Assembly (NCBI GenBank): GCA_018655015.1 | Contig: JABIKK010000013.1 | Coordinates: forward strand, 44,071-108,070 | Source of the DNA: Candidatus Woesearchaeota archaeon | Lineage (GTDB): Archaea; Nanobdellota; Nanobdellia; SCGC-AAA011-G17; UBA489 | DNA: 64,000 nucleotides | Direction: 5' to 3' | Shown: piece by piece, positions 1 through 8,908 of the stretch | How the letters are laid out: each line of letters begins with the position of its first letter | How positions within the stretch are numbered: position 1 is the first letter of the stretch | Notes under the pieces: generated by a model | Told to the model about the DNA's origin: nothing | The model's input: only the letters and a program-made list of their open reading frames with translations | The model's database searches: none | Program-made: the position numbers and the translations under genes

Positions 1-128
1 AATTAGGACAAAGTTTCTTAGTACGGTTTAGGACCAATACCAAGAGTCCAATCCTCTCGACTGCTTCAGCCCCACCCTAAAGCCGATTTGTGGTTACAAG
101 GCACGACTACTGCCCCGGCCTAGCCTGC
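1..128 (-). ncRNA. Signal recognition particle (7S/SRP) RNA, 5' Alu-domain portion; gene continues beyond window start
   Basis: Minus-strand read 'GUCGUGCCUUGUAACCACAAAUCGGCUUUAGGGUGGGGCUGAAGCAG' closely follows the Alu-domain helix 3/4 pattern of SRP RNAs (e.g. B. subtilis scRNA 'GUGCCCUGUACCUGCAAUCCGCUCUAGCAGGG'). The segment is GC-rich and structured within an AT-rich genome. An AT-rich stretch (133-165) lies upstream of the inferred 5' end. Confidence 0.5.
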
Positions 129-273
129 AAGAAATTTAAAGAAAAAGAATATTTAAGTCTATTGTTAATCAATCAAAGTTAATTCACAAGTTCTACTTGT
201 TCCTCGGAAATTATTCCAAACTAATAAATTGAATCCCTCATTATTGTCTCCCCTTCCAGAATAATTATCAAAT

Positions 274-822
274 TCACCATCTGTAAAAAAAACAAGTACT
301 CCAAATATTAAACACGTGCTGAGTAGTACCGTCATCATCAGTACCATAATTATCCCATAATCTCCATCTTCCATTACTTGGAGCATAGTACAAAATATAT
401 GGTCCGCGATTAGCTGCTTCTTTTTGATATGTTGCAGTCCATTGAGTCATACCTATCCTAACCTCGCATCCATCAAAATCACCACAAAGGTCAGTTAAGA
501 TCGCATGATCTATTTCCTTATTGGTCCCACCATAATTTGCTGCAGTCGCAGTTATATGGTACCTCTCTAAATTAGTTGTATATTCCTCGGTCACATCATC
601 AATATCATGTCTAGCCTTAGCAAACTTGCCACCAAGCTCATTATTATCAATAGCCTCTTGTAAACTTTTTTCAGACCCACCTAAATTAACATATAAATCA
701 CCAGCATTATGTCCAAATGTATTGCCCCCTACACCTTGAACTAATAAGGTTCCTCCAATTAAAATAATCAAAACACTAAGAATATACATGTGCTTTTTTT
801 CAATATTAATCTTTAATTCCAT
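274..822 (-). CDS. Small secreted protein, member 1 of the conserved-leader family (signal peptide MELKINIEKKHMYILSVLIILIGG..VQG)
   Basis: N-terminal ~45 aa almost identical to ORFs 824-1396 and 1398-1919, with charged n-region, hydrophobic h-region and a VQG cleavage-like site. The C-terminal half is divergent and may be frameshifted (overlapping ORF 165-386). Confidence 0.6.
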   Translation of the reverse strand: MELKINIEKKHMYILSVLIILIGGTLLVQGVGGNTFGHNAGDLYVNLGGSEKSLQEAIDNNELGGKFAKARHDIDDVTEEYTTNLERYHITATAANYGGTNKEIDHAILTDLCGDFDGCEVRIGMTQWTATYQKEAANRGPYILYYAPSNGRWRLWDNYGTDDDGTTQHVFNIWSTCFFYRW

Positions 823-823
823 T

Positions 824-1396
824 TTATTTTAATTCAAACCAAGTATGAATCATCCCTTCTACAAAGTGAGCCTTATATGTTGAACCAGAAGGAATAATTA
901 TAGAGATGTCACAACTTGCATAACTTCCCCTACCCTCATAAACCTTTTTAGAATCCACATAAAAATTTAATTCACAGCCATCCATACTATTATAACTTTC
1001 ATCACCAGTAATAACCACCATAATGGGCCTATCTTTATTATTAGTATACAACACATTTGAAGCCCTTGAGGATTCAACATTTGCCCAATTTTGACCTACT
1101 CCAACACTACCCGAACTAACTAAATCATCAGAAGTCGCAATACTATCATCATCTATTGCTTCTTGTAAAGTTTTTTCTATTGCATTAATAGTTACTAATG
1201 AACCAAAGTCCCCATCAGAGACTGCACTTTGTAAAGTTTTTATTACTCCTCCCCCAACATCTACATAAATGTCCTCGGAATCATGTCCAAAATTATTAAC
1301 ACCTTGTCCTTGAACAAACAACATTCCACCAATTAGAATAATTAAAACACTAAGAATATACATGTGCTTTTTTTCAATATTTATTTTTAGTTCCAT
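824..1396 (-). CDS. Small secreted protein, member 2 of the conserved-leader family
   Basis: Leader nucleotide sequence ~100 % identical to member 1 over ~35 nt (aaaacactaagaatatacatgtgcttttttt). Shares mature N-terminus QGQGVNNFGHDS and C-terminal PSGSTYK...ELK with member 3. Confidence 0.7.
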   Translation of the reverse strand: MELKINIEKKHMYILSVLIILIGGMLFVQGQGVNNFGHDSEDIYVDVGGGVIKTLQSAVSDGDFGSLVTINAIEKTLQEAIDDDSIATSDDLVSSGSVGVGQNWANVESSRASNVLYTNNKDRPIMVVITGDESYNSMDGCELNFYVDSKKVYEGRGSYASCDISIIIPSGSTYKAHFVEGMIHTWFELK

Positions 1397-1397
1397 T

Positions 1398-1919
1398 TTA
1401 TTTTAGCTCATGCCAAAGTTGGATCCCGCCATGTCCCCTGTAAGGATCTGAAGTTACTTTATATGTTGAACCAGCAGGAACAAGGATATAAATTGGACAA
1501 GTCTTAGAGTACTTGTCATTGTTGTTGCTATTTCTTGCAACACGCTCACTGTCTATATAAAAACTAATTTCGCAACCATTCACATTAGGATTAGGATTCC
1601 ACGTAGTTACGGAAACCATAATTGGCTTACTTCCCGAATTAGTATAATCTGTATCCAAAGACCTACTAGCCTTAACGTCAGTCCAAGTTTGACCAACACC
1701 AAGTCCATTTGCAACATCATCAGAGGTAACTAACTTTCCATTGTTTATTGCTTCTTTCAAGCTCATATCAACACCACCAACAGTAACATAGAGCTCATTT
1801 GAATCATGTCCAAAATTATTAACTCCCTGTCCCTGAACAAACAGGATGCTTCCGATTGCTACAATCAAAACACTAAGAATATACATATGTTTCTTTCGAA
1901 CATTAATTTTAATTTCCAT
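1398..1919 (-). CDS. Small secreted protein, member 3 of the conserved-leader family
   Basis: Start placed at the second Met (MEIKINVRKKHMYILSVLIVAIG..VQGQGVNNFGHDS). C-terminus GCEISFYIDS...AGSTYK...WHELK is homologous to member 2. Confidence 0.7.
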   Translation of the reverse strand: MEIKINVRKKHMYILSVLIVAIGSILFVQGQGVNNFGHDSNELYVTVGGVDMSLKEAINNGKLVTSDDVANGLGVGQTWTDVKASRSLDTDYTNSGSKPIMVSVTTWNPNPNVNGCEISFYIDSERVARNSNNNDKYSKTCPIYILVPAGSTYKVTSDPYRGHGGIQLWHELK

Positions 1920-2012
1920 CTTACCTCTCCAACAAAAACAACACAAATATACTATTTAAACCTTTTTCAAATACTCCAAAAAGCTATTAAAACCCATAAA
2001 ACCCTTCTAAAA

Positions 2013-3719
2013 ATGGAAAAAAAGAAATTCATGTTAAAGCTATCCAAAATGAGCTTCAAAACTCAAGAGGAATTTAACAAAACTAAACATCAATTGGCTA
2101 GAGAGTTCCACCTATCAGAAGTTCCAAAAAATGCAGAAATTCTATCAACAATACCTGAAAAAGACAGAAAAAAACTAGAAAACATTCTTCAAAGCAAACC
2201 AGTTAGAACAATATCGGGCGTAGCCCCTGTTGCAATAATGGCTGCACCAATAGCATGTCCACCACAAGCAAAATGTACATATTGTCCAGGCGGACCAGGA
2301 TCAATATTTGGAAACACTCCTAAAAGTTATACTGATGGAGCACCTGCAGTAAAAAGAGCTATTAGAAATAAATACGATCCATACTTACAAGTATTCAATA
2401 GATTAGAACACTATCTACTTCTCAAACATAATCCTTCAAAAGTTGAACTAATAATAATGGGTGGGACTTTTCCAAATTTTCCAAAAACTTACAGGGATGA
2501 TTTCATAAAGTTTGCAATGAAGGCAATGAATGATTTCTCAGATGAATTCTTCACAAATGAAGGAAAACTAAAAGAGAAAAAGTTCAAAGAGTTCTTCATG
2601 CTTCCAGGAAAAATAACCTCTCCAGAAAGAGAAATGGAACTTCAAGAAAAGATGACTAAATTAAAAAATAAAAATAAGACCACCCTGGAAGAAGAACAAA
2701 GAAGAAACGAAAATAAAAAAATAAGATGTATTGCATTAGTAATTGAAACAAGACCAGATTGTTCTATGAAAGATGAGATAAACGAGATGTTAAGAATTGG
2801 AACCACAAGAGTAGAGTTGGGTCTACAAAGTCTAAGAGACGAAGTACTAAAAGAAGTAAAAAGAGGGCATTCAGTTGATGATGCTATAAAATCAACTCAA
2901 CTTCTAAAAGACTCTTTAATGAAAATAACATACCACATGATGTTGGGGCTTCCACTAACAAATGAAAAACAAGACATTGATACCTACAAAGAACTTTTCA
3001 CAAATCCAGACTTCAAACCGGATTCACTAAAAATTTATCCCTGCCTTGTAATGGCCGGAACACCCCTCTATGAGGATTATAAGAAATGTAAATTCCAACC
3101 AATAAACACTGAAGAAGCAACTAAAAGAATAATCGAAATAAAAAAAGAAATTCCAGAATACTGCAGAATAATGAGAATTCAAAGAGACATCCCAACATTC
3201 ATGACGGAAGCCGGTGTCGATAAAACAAATCTGAGGCAACTAATACAACAAAAACTACACAAGGCTAAACAAAATTGTAGATGTATTCGATGTAGAGAAC
3301 CAAAAAATAGAGAAGTTAGTTTAGATCATGTGAAAACAAAAATAAATAAATACAAAGCTTCAAACGGAACAGAATTCTTTATCTCAAAAGAAGATACAAA
3401 AAATGATATTCTATTGGGATATGCGAGACTAAGAATCCCTTACAAACCATTCAGAAAAGAAATAACAGACAAAACTGCAGGAATCAGAGAACTACATGTA
3501 TTCGGAACATCTCTAGACCTAAAAAACAAACCAAAGACGAGTTCAGAATCACAACATAGAGGATATGGAAAAGAATTAATGCAGGAAGCAGAAAAAATAG
3601 CCAAAGAAGATTATGATAAAAACAAAATGGTAGTTATTTCAGGAATAGGTGTAAGAGAATACTACAACAAAATTTTAAAATACAAACAAGACGGACCTTA
3701 CGTTTCTAAAAAATTATAA
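2013..3719 (+). CDS. elp3: tRNA uridine(34) acetyltransferase Elp3 (radical-SAM + GNAT)
   Basis: Radical-SAM cluster motif 'CPPQAKCTYCPGG' typical of Elp3, plus a C-terminal GNAT region. Start set at the internal Met (MEKKKFML) to avoid overlap with the upstream family gene. Contains a K/E-rich low-complexity insert. Confidence 0.8.
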   Translation: MEKKKFMLKLSKMSFKTQEEFNKTKHQLAREFHLSEVPKNAEILSTIPEKDRKKLENILQSKPVRTISGVAPVAIMAAPIACPPQAKCTYCPGGPGSIFGNTPKSYTDGAPAVKRAIRNKYDPYLQVFNRLEHYLLLKHNPSKVELIIMGGTFPNFPKTYRDDFIKFAMKAMNDFSDEFFTNEGKLKEKKFKEFFMLPGKITSPEREMELQEKMTKLKNKNKTTLEEEQRRNENKKIRCIALVIETRPDCSMKDEINEMLRIGTTRVELGLQSLRDEVLKEVKRGHSVDDAIKSTQLLKDSLMKITYHMMLGLPLTNEKQDIDTYKELFTNPDFKPDSLKIYPCLVMAGTPLYEDYKKCKFQPINTEEATKRIIEIKKEIPEYCRIMRIQRDIPTFMTEAGVDKTNLRQLIQQKLHKAKQNCRCIRCREPKNREVSLDHVKTKINKYKASNGTEFFISKEDTKNDILLGYARLRIPYKPFRKEITDKTAGIRELHVFGTSLDLKNKPKTSSESQHRGYGKELMQEAEKIAKEDYDKNKMVVISGIGVREYYNKILKYKQDGPYVSKKL

Positions 3720-3729
3720 AATATAGCAC

Positions 3730-4170
3730 TTAATTAGATTTAAGAACGGCCTCTATCCTCTTCAAGATATCCACTGCATCATTAATGCCACAACGATTTG
3801 TACACAATCTCAACTTATAGCTAAGCGATCTAGCTCTATCAGAAAGTTTATCAATAGAATCCTTAACCGAATAGTAATCTCTTTGTGCTTGAAGTACCTT
3901 ATCCTCACTAAAACCATAAGGATGGGTCCTAATATTTTCTAACCTTGCCATTCCAGCCTTTATTTTTGTATCAAGTCTTTCAATTTCAGTCGCCAGTAAT
4001 TGCAGTTCATTTAAATGTGCACGTACCCTACGTAGGAAATCTAACAGTTTTATCCTCGCAGACTCTTTTCTGCTACCTTTAAACCTAATAAAATCAGAAA
4101 TAAGTAGATTTGACTTTTGAACAAGCCTCGGTTTGTTCACATCCCGTAATTTCCTAAACCACCCCATCAT
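3730..4170 (-). CDS. Hypothetical coiled-coil protein
   Basis: 146-aa ORF immediately downstream of, and co-oriented with, the NHL-repeat surface protein. No recognisable motif. Confidence 0.4.
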   Translation of the reverse strand: MMGWFRKLRDVNKPRLVQKSNLLISDFIRFKGSRKESARIKLLDFLRRVRAHLNELQLLATEIERLDTKIKAGMARLENIRTHPYGFSEDKVLQAQRDYYSVKDSIDKLSDRARSLSYKLRLCTNRCGINDAVDILKRIEAVLKSN

Positions 4171-4192
4171 ACACCCCGATTAACCATGTTCT

Positions 4193-7192
4193 TTAAGTTT
4201 TAACAATCTCCACTTCTAACTTGCCCGATCTAAACATATAAAATAACATCAATGCAAGTATTGCAAGAACCCAACTAAACATACCAAATACAGGACCTTT
4301 AACAGAAGGTTCCAAACTACAATCAACTCTTTCTAATGGATCAACTGAACAAACTCCAGTAATACAAGAGTTACAATTTCTAGTTCTCTCGCCATTCTCA
4401 CAATCAGTCCAAGCTCCACAAACCCATGCGTATCCTCCACCTAAGGAAGAACAGCTTGGTTCTACAACATCAGGATAATTCTTAACATCGCAAATATCAG
4501 CTACACAAGTTCCAAAATCAGGATTACAAGATTCGCCACTAGCACATTGAACTTCATTACTTAATTCATTACAACCATTACCATCATAATCACCACAGAA
4601 AGCAACTCCTACCGAAGTACACACTGCCGTGCCCCTAACACAATAAGAAGAACAACCGTCTCCACTTCCAGAACCACTCATTCCTTCAAACAAACAAGTA
4701 TCAGTACAACCATCACCACTAACAGTGTTTCCATCATCACATTGTTCGCCAGGATCAATATTACTATCTCCACAATAGCTGTCTGTAGCAGTAACAGTTA
4801 ACAAATCACTAGGAGGTGCAATTCCGCCACCAAAGTTATAGCCCTTGGCTCTCCATCTAGCATCATCAGGATCAGGTCCAGGATTATTATTCTCGGAAGT
4901 CCAATTAGTGGTTCCGGAAGTTCCAGAAACAGTTATTGGACTAGGTTTAACAACTGAAAGTTCTTGAGTATCTTCATTGATAACATCAACATCAAAGACC
5001 AGATTATTACATCGATCATCACCATCTAAATCTAAAGTTAAAACAACATTGTCTCCTCTTTCCGCAGTCAAAGTACTCCACTTAAAGCTAGCACCTTGTA
5101 ATGCAAGAGTACATTCAGAGCTACCCCCACCACCTTGATCACCAGTTTCTAAACAAGTATTCCTATCATTTGAATCAATATCACAAGCATTACCACAAGG
5201 ATCTCCAGTAGTTGAACCAGTACTTCCATCTTCATTATCTTGAGAGTTTTCACAATGTTCAACATCATAATCGACACCATTAACATTCACAGATTTACCT
5301 GCACAATCTGCATCATCTACACAAGCATAAGTTGAAACATTTCCTTCTGGATTAGATAAAGTATTAACATCTATACAAGTTCCAAAAGAGCCGTAGTTAG
5401 GTGTAATTGCACAATTATCAAGAGCATCTTCAATTCCATCCCCATCTGTATCAACAAAAGGTTCTATCTTACAGAATTCATCACAGCCATCCCCATTAAT
5501 ATTATTTCCATCATCACATTCTTCCGCACCTTCTTGAACACCGTCACCACATTCTCCAACACTTCCAGGCTCTAAATATTCACAACATAATTTATTGGAA
5601 AAATAACTACAATCTGCAGCATGAACATTATAATTTCCACCGTTTCCATCACCAAAGGAAAGTAAACATTCTTTTGCGCCACAATCAGAACTTCCAGCAA
5701 CTGTGTCACACTGAACTTTATCATAACAAACTTTTTGATAATATCCCTTCGGAGGTAATTCACTATCTGTTGATTCGGGAGCATAAATATGTCCTCCTCC
5801 AATCAAAGTCCCAGTAGCATGACCCTCAGTTCCGTTTCCAGCCAAGGTACTAACATCATTACCATTTGCAACCCTAATTGCATCATTCCAAGAATCCGCA
5901 ATAAATAAATTTCCAAATGCATCTAAATCTACACCTCTAACATGTGAAAATTTAGCACTCAAAAGTGGACCATCAACAAAGCCAGTTGTTCCATCACCTG
6001 CAAAATCACTTATTGTAGATCCAGCAACATCTATTTTCTTTATCTTTTGATTATTAGTATCAGCAACATATAATGAGTCTGAAGCAATATCATAAGTTAA
6101 TGCATAAGGTGCAGTGAAACCCGCTCCATAAACAGAACCGCCAACTCCTCCAGCATAATATGAAACTCCAAAACTGACCATGTCTAAACTCTTAATCCGA
6201 TTATTATCTTTATCTGCAATATAAACTAAATTCTCAGAAGGATTGTAACTAACACCAGTAGGATTGCTAAACTTAGCTTCGGGCCCAATAACTCCAGCCA
6301 AATCACCTTCAACACCACAAGTACCTGCAATTGTTGTAACGGCTCCATCAGCCAAACCGACTTGTCTAATACAGTGATTACCCGTATCTGCAACAATTAA
6401 ATTCCCAGAAGGACCAACCGTAATTCCAGTAGGTTGATTAAATCTAGCAGCGCCAGAAATTCCATCGCTTGTCCCACTTGTACCACAAGCCCCTGCAAAG
6501 GCTCCAGAAACACTCCCATCATTCAAGAACACCCTTCTAATACAATGGTTATCTCTATCTGCAACATAAAAATAATCTCCAACTAAAACATCTCTAACTA
6601 AAACTAATCCTGCAGGATAATTAAACTTAGCAGTTGTAGCTCCACCAGGAGTAGTTCCACTTGTACCACAAGTTCCACTAAAATGTTCGGCCAGACCATT
6701 ACCACCAATCTCCCTTATACAATGACTCATTGCATCCGTAACATAAGCAGTTGTAAAACTATTTGTGTCGACAACCGTTTCAATCCCATTGGGTTCATAA
6801 AATGTTGAAGAAATACTTAACCCATTTGAAATATACGCAATTAAATTAGAATTATCAGCATAGCAACTTCTCGTAGGCCCATCAACTCTTAAACTAAATG
6901 ATAACTCGGCACAATAATCCACACTTTCTCCAGAACCAATCATAGAAATATGAGAATTATTTTTCAAAAATAAACCAACAACATCTTTATCGCCACAAGC
7001 CCCTGCAACACTCTCTTCAACAACCATACCCGTTACACTTCCAGGCCCTAAAGAACTAACAACATCTGCAACAGAAGGAGAACTTAAATCATCAATATTA
7101 AATGCCAGAAATGATGCAAATATAACTAAAAACGCTGGAAATAATATACGATGCTCTTCTCTCATCAAAACAACCTCTTCAATACAATTCAA
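4193..7192 (-). CDS. Large secreted/cell-surface protein with NHL repeats and Cys-rich CxxxCDDGNxxxGDGC repeats, C-terminal TM anchor
   Basis: N-terminal signal peptide. Repeated 'YVADxxNHCIRRV/NHCIRQV' NHL-type beta-propeller blades. Multiple 'CDDGN..GDGC' cysteine-rich repeats. Hydrophobic C-terminal segment (VFGMFSWVLAILALMLFYMF). Promoter-like AACATTTATAAG at 7205-7216 suggests the true start may be M10 (7165). Confidence 0.7.
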   Translation of the reverse strand: MNCIEEVVLMREEHRILFPAFLVIFASFLAFNIDDLSSPSVADVVSSLGPGSVTGMVVEESVAGACGDKDVVGLFLKNNSHISMIGSGESVDYCAELSFSLRVDGPTRSCYADNSNLIAYISNGLSISSTFYEPNGIETVVDTNSFTTAYVTDAMSHCIREIGGNGLAEHFSGTCGTSGTTPGGATTAKFNYPAGLVLVRDVLVGDYFYVADRDNHCIRRVFLNDGSVSGAFAGACGTSGTSDGISGAARFNQPTGITVGPSGNLIVADTGNHCIRQVGLADGAVTTIAGTCGVEGDLAGVIGPEAKFSNPTGVSYNPSENLVYIADKDNNRIKSLDMVSFGVSYYAGGVGGSVYGAGFTAPYALTYDIASDSLYVADTNNQKIKKIDVAGSTISDFAGDGTTGFVDGPLLSAKFSHVRGVDLDAFGNLFIADSWNDAIRVANGNDVSTLAGNGTEGHATGTLIGGGHIYAPESTDSELPPKGYYQKVCYDKVQCDTVAGSSDCGAKECLLSFGDGNGGNYNVHAADCSYFSNKLCCEYLEPGSVGECGDGVQEGAEECDDGNNINGDGCDEFCKIEPFVDTDGDGIEDALDNCAITPNYGSFGTCIDVNTLSNPEGNVSTYACVDDADCAGKSVNVNGVDYDVEHCENSQDNEDGSTGSTTGDPCGNACDIDSNDRNTCLETGDQGGGGSSECTLALQGASFKWSTLTAERGDNVVLTLDLDGDDRCNNLVFDVDVINEDTQELSVVKPSPITVSGTSGTTNWTSENNNPGPDPDDARWRAKGYNFGGGIAPPSDLLTVTATDSYCGDSNIDPGEQCDDGNTVSGDGCTDTCLFEGMSGSGSGDGCSSYCVRGTAVCTSVGVAFCGDYDGNGCNELSNEVQCASGESCNPDFGTCVADICDVKNYPDVVEPSCSSLGGGYAWVCGAWTDCENGERTRNCNSCITGVCSVDPLERVDCSLEPSVKGPVFGMFSWVLAILALMLFYMFRSGKLEVEIVKT

Positions 7193-7204
7193 AGCAGAAA
7201 ATCA

Positions 7205-7216
7205 CTTATAAATGTT
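7205..7216 (-). promoter_or_regulatory. BRE/TATA-like box (AACATTTATAAG) for the NHL surface-protein gene
   Basis: Minus-strand read matches the recurring motif AACATTTATAAA found upstream of other genes in this window. Confidence 0.4.
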
Positions 7217-7276
7217 TGCAAAAAACCTTTAGAAAGCTATTTATAACATTTTAACCACCCATAAAACACCAACACG

Positions 7277-7567
7277 ATGATAGAACTAGGCGGAAATATT
7301 AAGCTTAAAGGGTTCAGTGAACTCGATGCAGCAACCCTCATAGTAGTAAAGAAAATTGTAGGGAACTATACAAAGAAATTAACGAGCGATCATCCAGATT
7401 TTACAGAATTACTTCTTGAACTTAATCAAACAGAAGACCAAAAGTTCAATATTAACGCTAATTTTTCCAGAAAATCGGGAGAATTGACATCAAATGTAGA
7501 TGGGGGAAACATCTTCTTCGCCATAAGCGAGGCCTTAGAAGGGATTAACCCAAAATCAAAAAAGTAG
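7277..7567 (+). CDS. Hypothetical protein
   Basis: 96-aa ORF with its own upstream TATA-like box (ctatttataac). No recognisable motif. Confidence 0.35.
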   Translation: MIELGGNIKLKGFSELDAATLIVVKKIVGNYTKKLTSDHPDFTELLLELNQTEDQKFNINANFSRKSGELTSNVDGGNIFFAISEALEGINPKSKK

Positions 7568-7583
7568 AGATTTCTACGAAGAA

Positions 7584-7596
7584 AACATTTATAAAA
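7584..7596 (+). promoter_or_regulatory. BRE/TATA box (AACATTTATAAAA) upstream of L21e operon
   Basis: Consensus archaeal TATA ~52 nt upstream of the L21e ATG; same motif as at 12389 and 61380. Confidence 0.5.
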
Positions 7597-7647
7597 CCAA
7601 ATAACCAATACCAGATACCTAAACACAAGATTTACGGAGTTTTTACA

Positions 7648-7938
7648 ATGGCAACTAGAGTTGGTGGATTTAGAAGAAAGACAAGAAGTAAACTGAGAAA
7701 GAGCCCTAAAGAAAAAGGGAAGATCAGTATTAGAAAGTACTTCCAAGAACTAAAGGCAGGAAATAAAGTCTGTTTTAAAGCAGAGCCCGCTGTACAAAAG
7801 GGAATGTACTTCCCAAGATTCCATGGAAAAACTGGAGAAGTAATAGAAAAAAACGGTTCATGCTACAAAGTCAAATTCAAAGATGGAAATAAACAAAAAA
7901 TAATCATTGCACATCCAGTGCATCTAAAAAAACTATAA
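7648..7938 (+). CDS. rpl21e: 50S ribosomal protein L21e
   Basis: 'FPRFHGKTG' signature. Conserved archaeal L21e-RpoF-DUF655 gene order. Confidence 0.9.
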   Translation: MATRVGGFRRKTRSKLRKSPKEKGKISIRKYFQELKAGNKVCFKAEPAVQKGMYFPRFHGKTGEVIEKNGSCYKVKFKDGNKQKIIIAHPVHLKKL

Positions 7939-7939
7939 A

Positions 7940-8287
7940 ATGGCAGAAATTGAAATAAAAAGTCAAACACCTCTAACATACGCAGAGGTTGCAAAGAAAC
8001 TAGAGATAGTTAAAAAGCATAGAAAGAAAGATGAAGAACCAGGGTTCAGAACTAAAAAAGCAGAAGAGTTCCTTGAAACCATTGGAAAAGAACAAATAAA
8101 AAAAGTAGAAGACCTACAAAAAAAATTAACAGATCTTAATATTCCTAGAGTTAAGGAAAGACAAATAATTAATCTTGCGAACTTAATGCCTGAGGATGAA
8201 GATAGTGTAAAAATAATACTCGCAAACGACAACATAACTTTGAAACAAGAAGATGTGAAAAAGATTGTTGATTGCATAACAAAGTAG
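7940..8287 (+). CDS. rpoF: DNA-directed RNA polymerase subunit F (Rpo4/Rpb4-like)
   Basis: Size, position directly after L21e, and HRDC-like C-terminus (IINLANLMPEDEDSVKIILA). Confidence 0.7.
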   Translation: MAEIEIKSQTPLTYAEVAKKLEIVKKHRKKDEEPGFRTKKAEEFLETIGKEQIKKVEDLQKKLTDLNIPRVKERQIINLANLMPEDEDSVKIILANDNITLKQEDVKKIVDCITK

Positions 8288-8301
8288 AATGCAAAAAATA
8301 A

Positions 8302-8862
8302 ATGAACAGAATAGTAAGAGAAGAAAAAGCTATAATCCTAGATTTTCTTCCGAACGGGTATCCATCGGATACAAGACCTGCACATATGAAGACAGCTGTA
8401 GCTCAAGCTATGGGTGCTAATCACTTTATTCTATTAGAGATAGTTCCTAAAAAAGGAGTTTTCTTAAAATTCGAACAAGAAGTTTACATGGGTGAAGGTA
8501 AGAGAGAAGAAGTACATCACATTTCTGGGAGAATCAACTTCCTAAGATTAACCCAAACTGCTAAGATGAACCTAGAAGACTTACTGAAAAAGTTAGTCAC
8601 AGCATCAGAAGAAAAATTCATAGAATTCTTCAATAAAGCTGGACCAATTAATGCAAGAAGACACCAGTTAGAACTAATCCCAGGTATAGGTAAAAAACAC
8701 ATGTGGGAGATACTTGAAAAGCGTGAAGAAAAGCCATTTGAGAATTTCAAAGACTTAAAGGAAAGAGTAAAACTGATGCCAAATCCAGAAAGTGCAATCA
8801 TAAAGAGAATTATACTAGAATTAAACGAAGAAGATAAGCACAGGCTCTTTGTGGGCAACTAG
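8302..8862 (+). CDS. DUF655-family RNA-binding protein (OB-fold + HhH)
   Basis: 'IPGIGKK' helix-hairpin-helix. Conserved neighbour of L21e/RpoF in archaea. Confidence 0.7.
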   Translation: MNRIVREEKAIILDFLPNGYPSDTRPAHMKTAVAQAMGANHFILLEIVPKKGVFLKFEQEVYMGEGKREEVHHISGRINFLRLTQTAKMNLEDLLKKLVTASEEKFIEFFNKAGPINARRHQLELIPGIGKKHMWEILEKREEKPFENFKDLKERVKLMPNPESAIIKRIILELNEEDKHRLFVGN

Positions 8863-8908
8863 AGACCAAAATGCTTTTAAATAGTCTTCCGCCCAACTCT
8901 CAAATAAA

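Noticed and set aside
1-130. RNase P RNA (P4 3'-strand-like 'ACAAATCGGCTTTA' on the minus strand)
   Set aside because: Only ~50 nt of GC-rich sequence lie 5' of that motif before an AT-rich spacer, far too little for an RNase P RNA body. The SRP-RNA Alu-domain pattern fits the whole segment much better.
274-1946. Archaeal class III (type IV pilin-like) signal peptides on the small secreted family
   Set aside because: The charged region (MELKINIEKKH) lacks the [KR][GAS] prepilin-peptidase site immediately before the hydrophobic stretch, and the VQG/QG junction after the h-region looks like a Sec/SPase I signal.
2013-3719. Intein in Elp3 (protein longer than typical archaeal Elp3)
   Set aside because: The extra length is a K/E-rich low-complexity insert without intein blocks (no Cys/Ser-His…His-Asn splice motifs).
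5572-5802. 76-aa ORF inside the NHL surface-protein gene
   Set aside because: Different frame, entirely nested within a well-supported 999-aa CDS; spurious.
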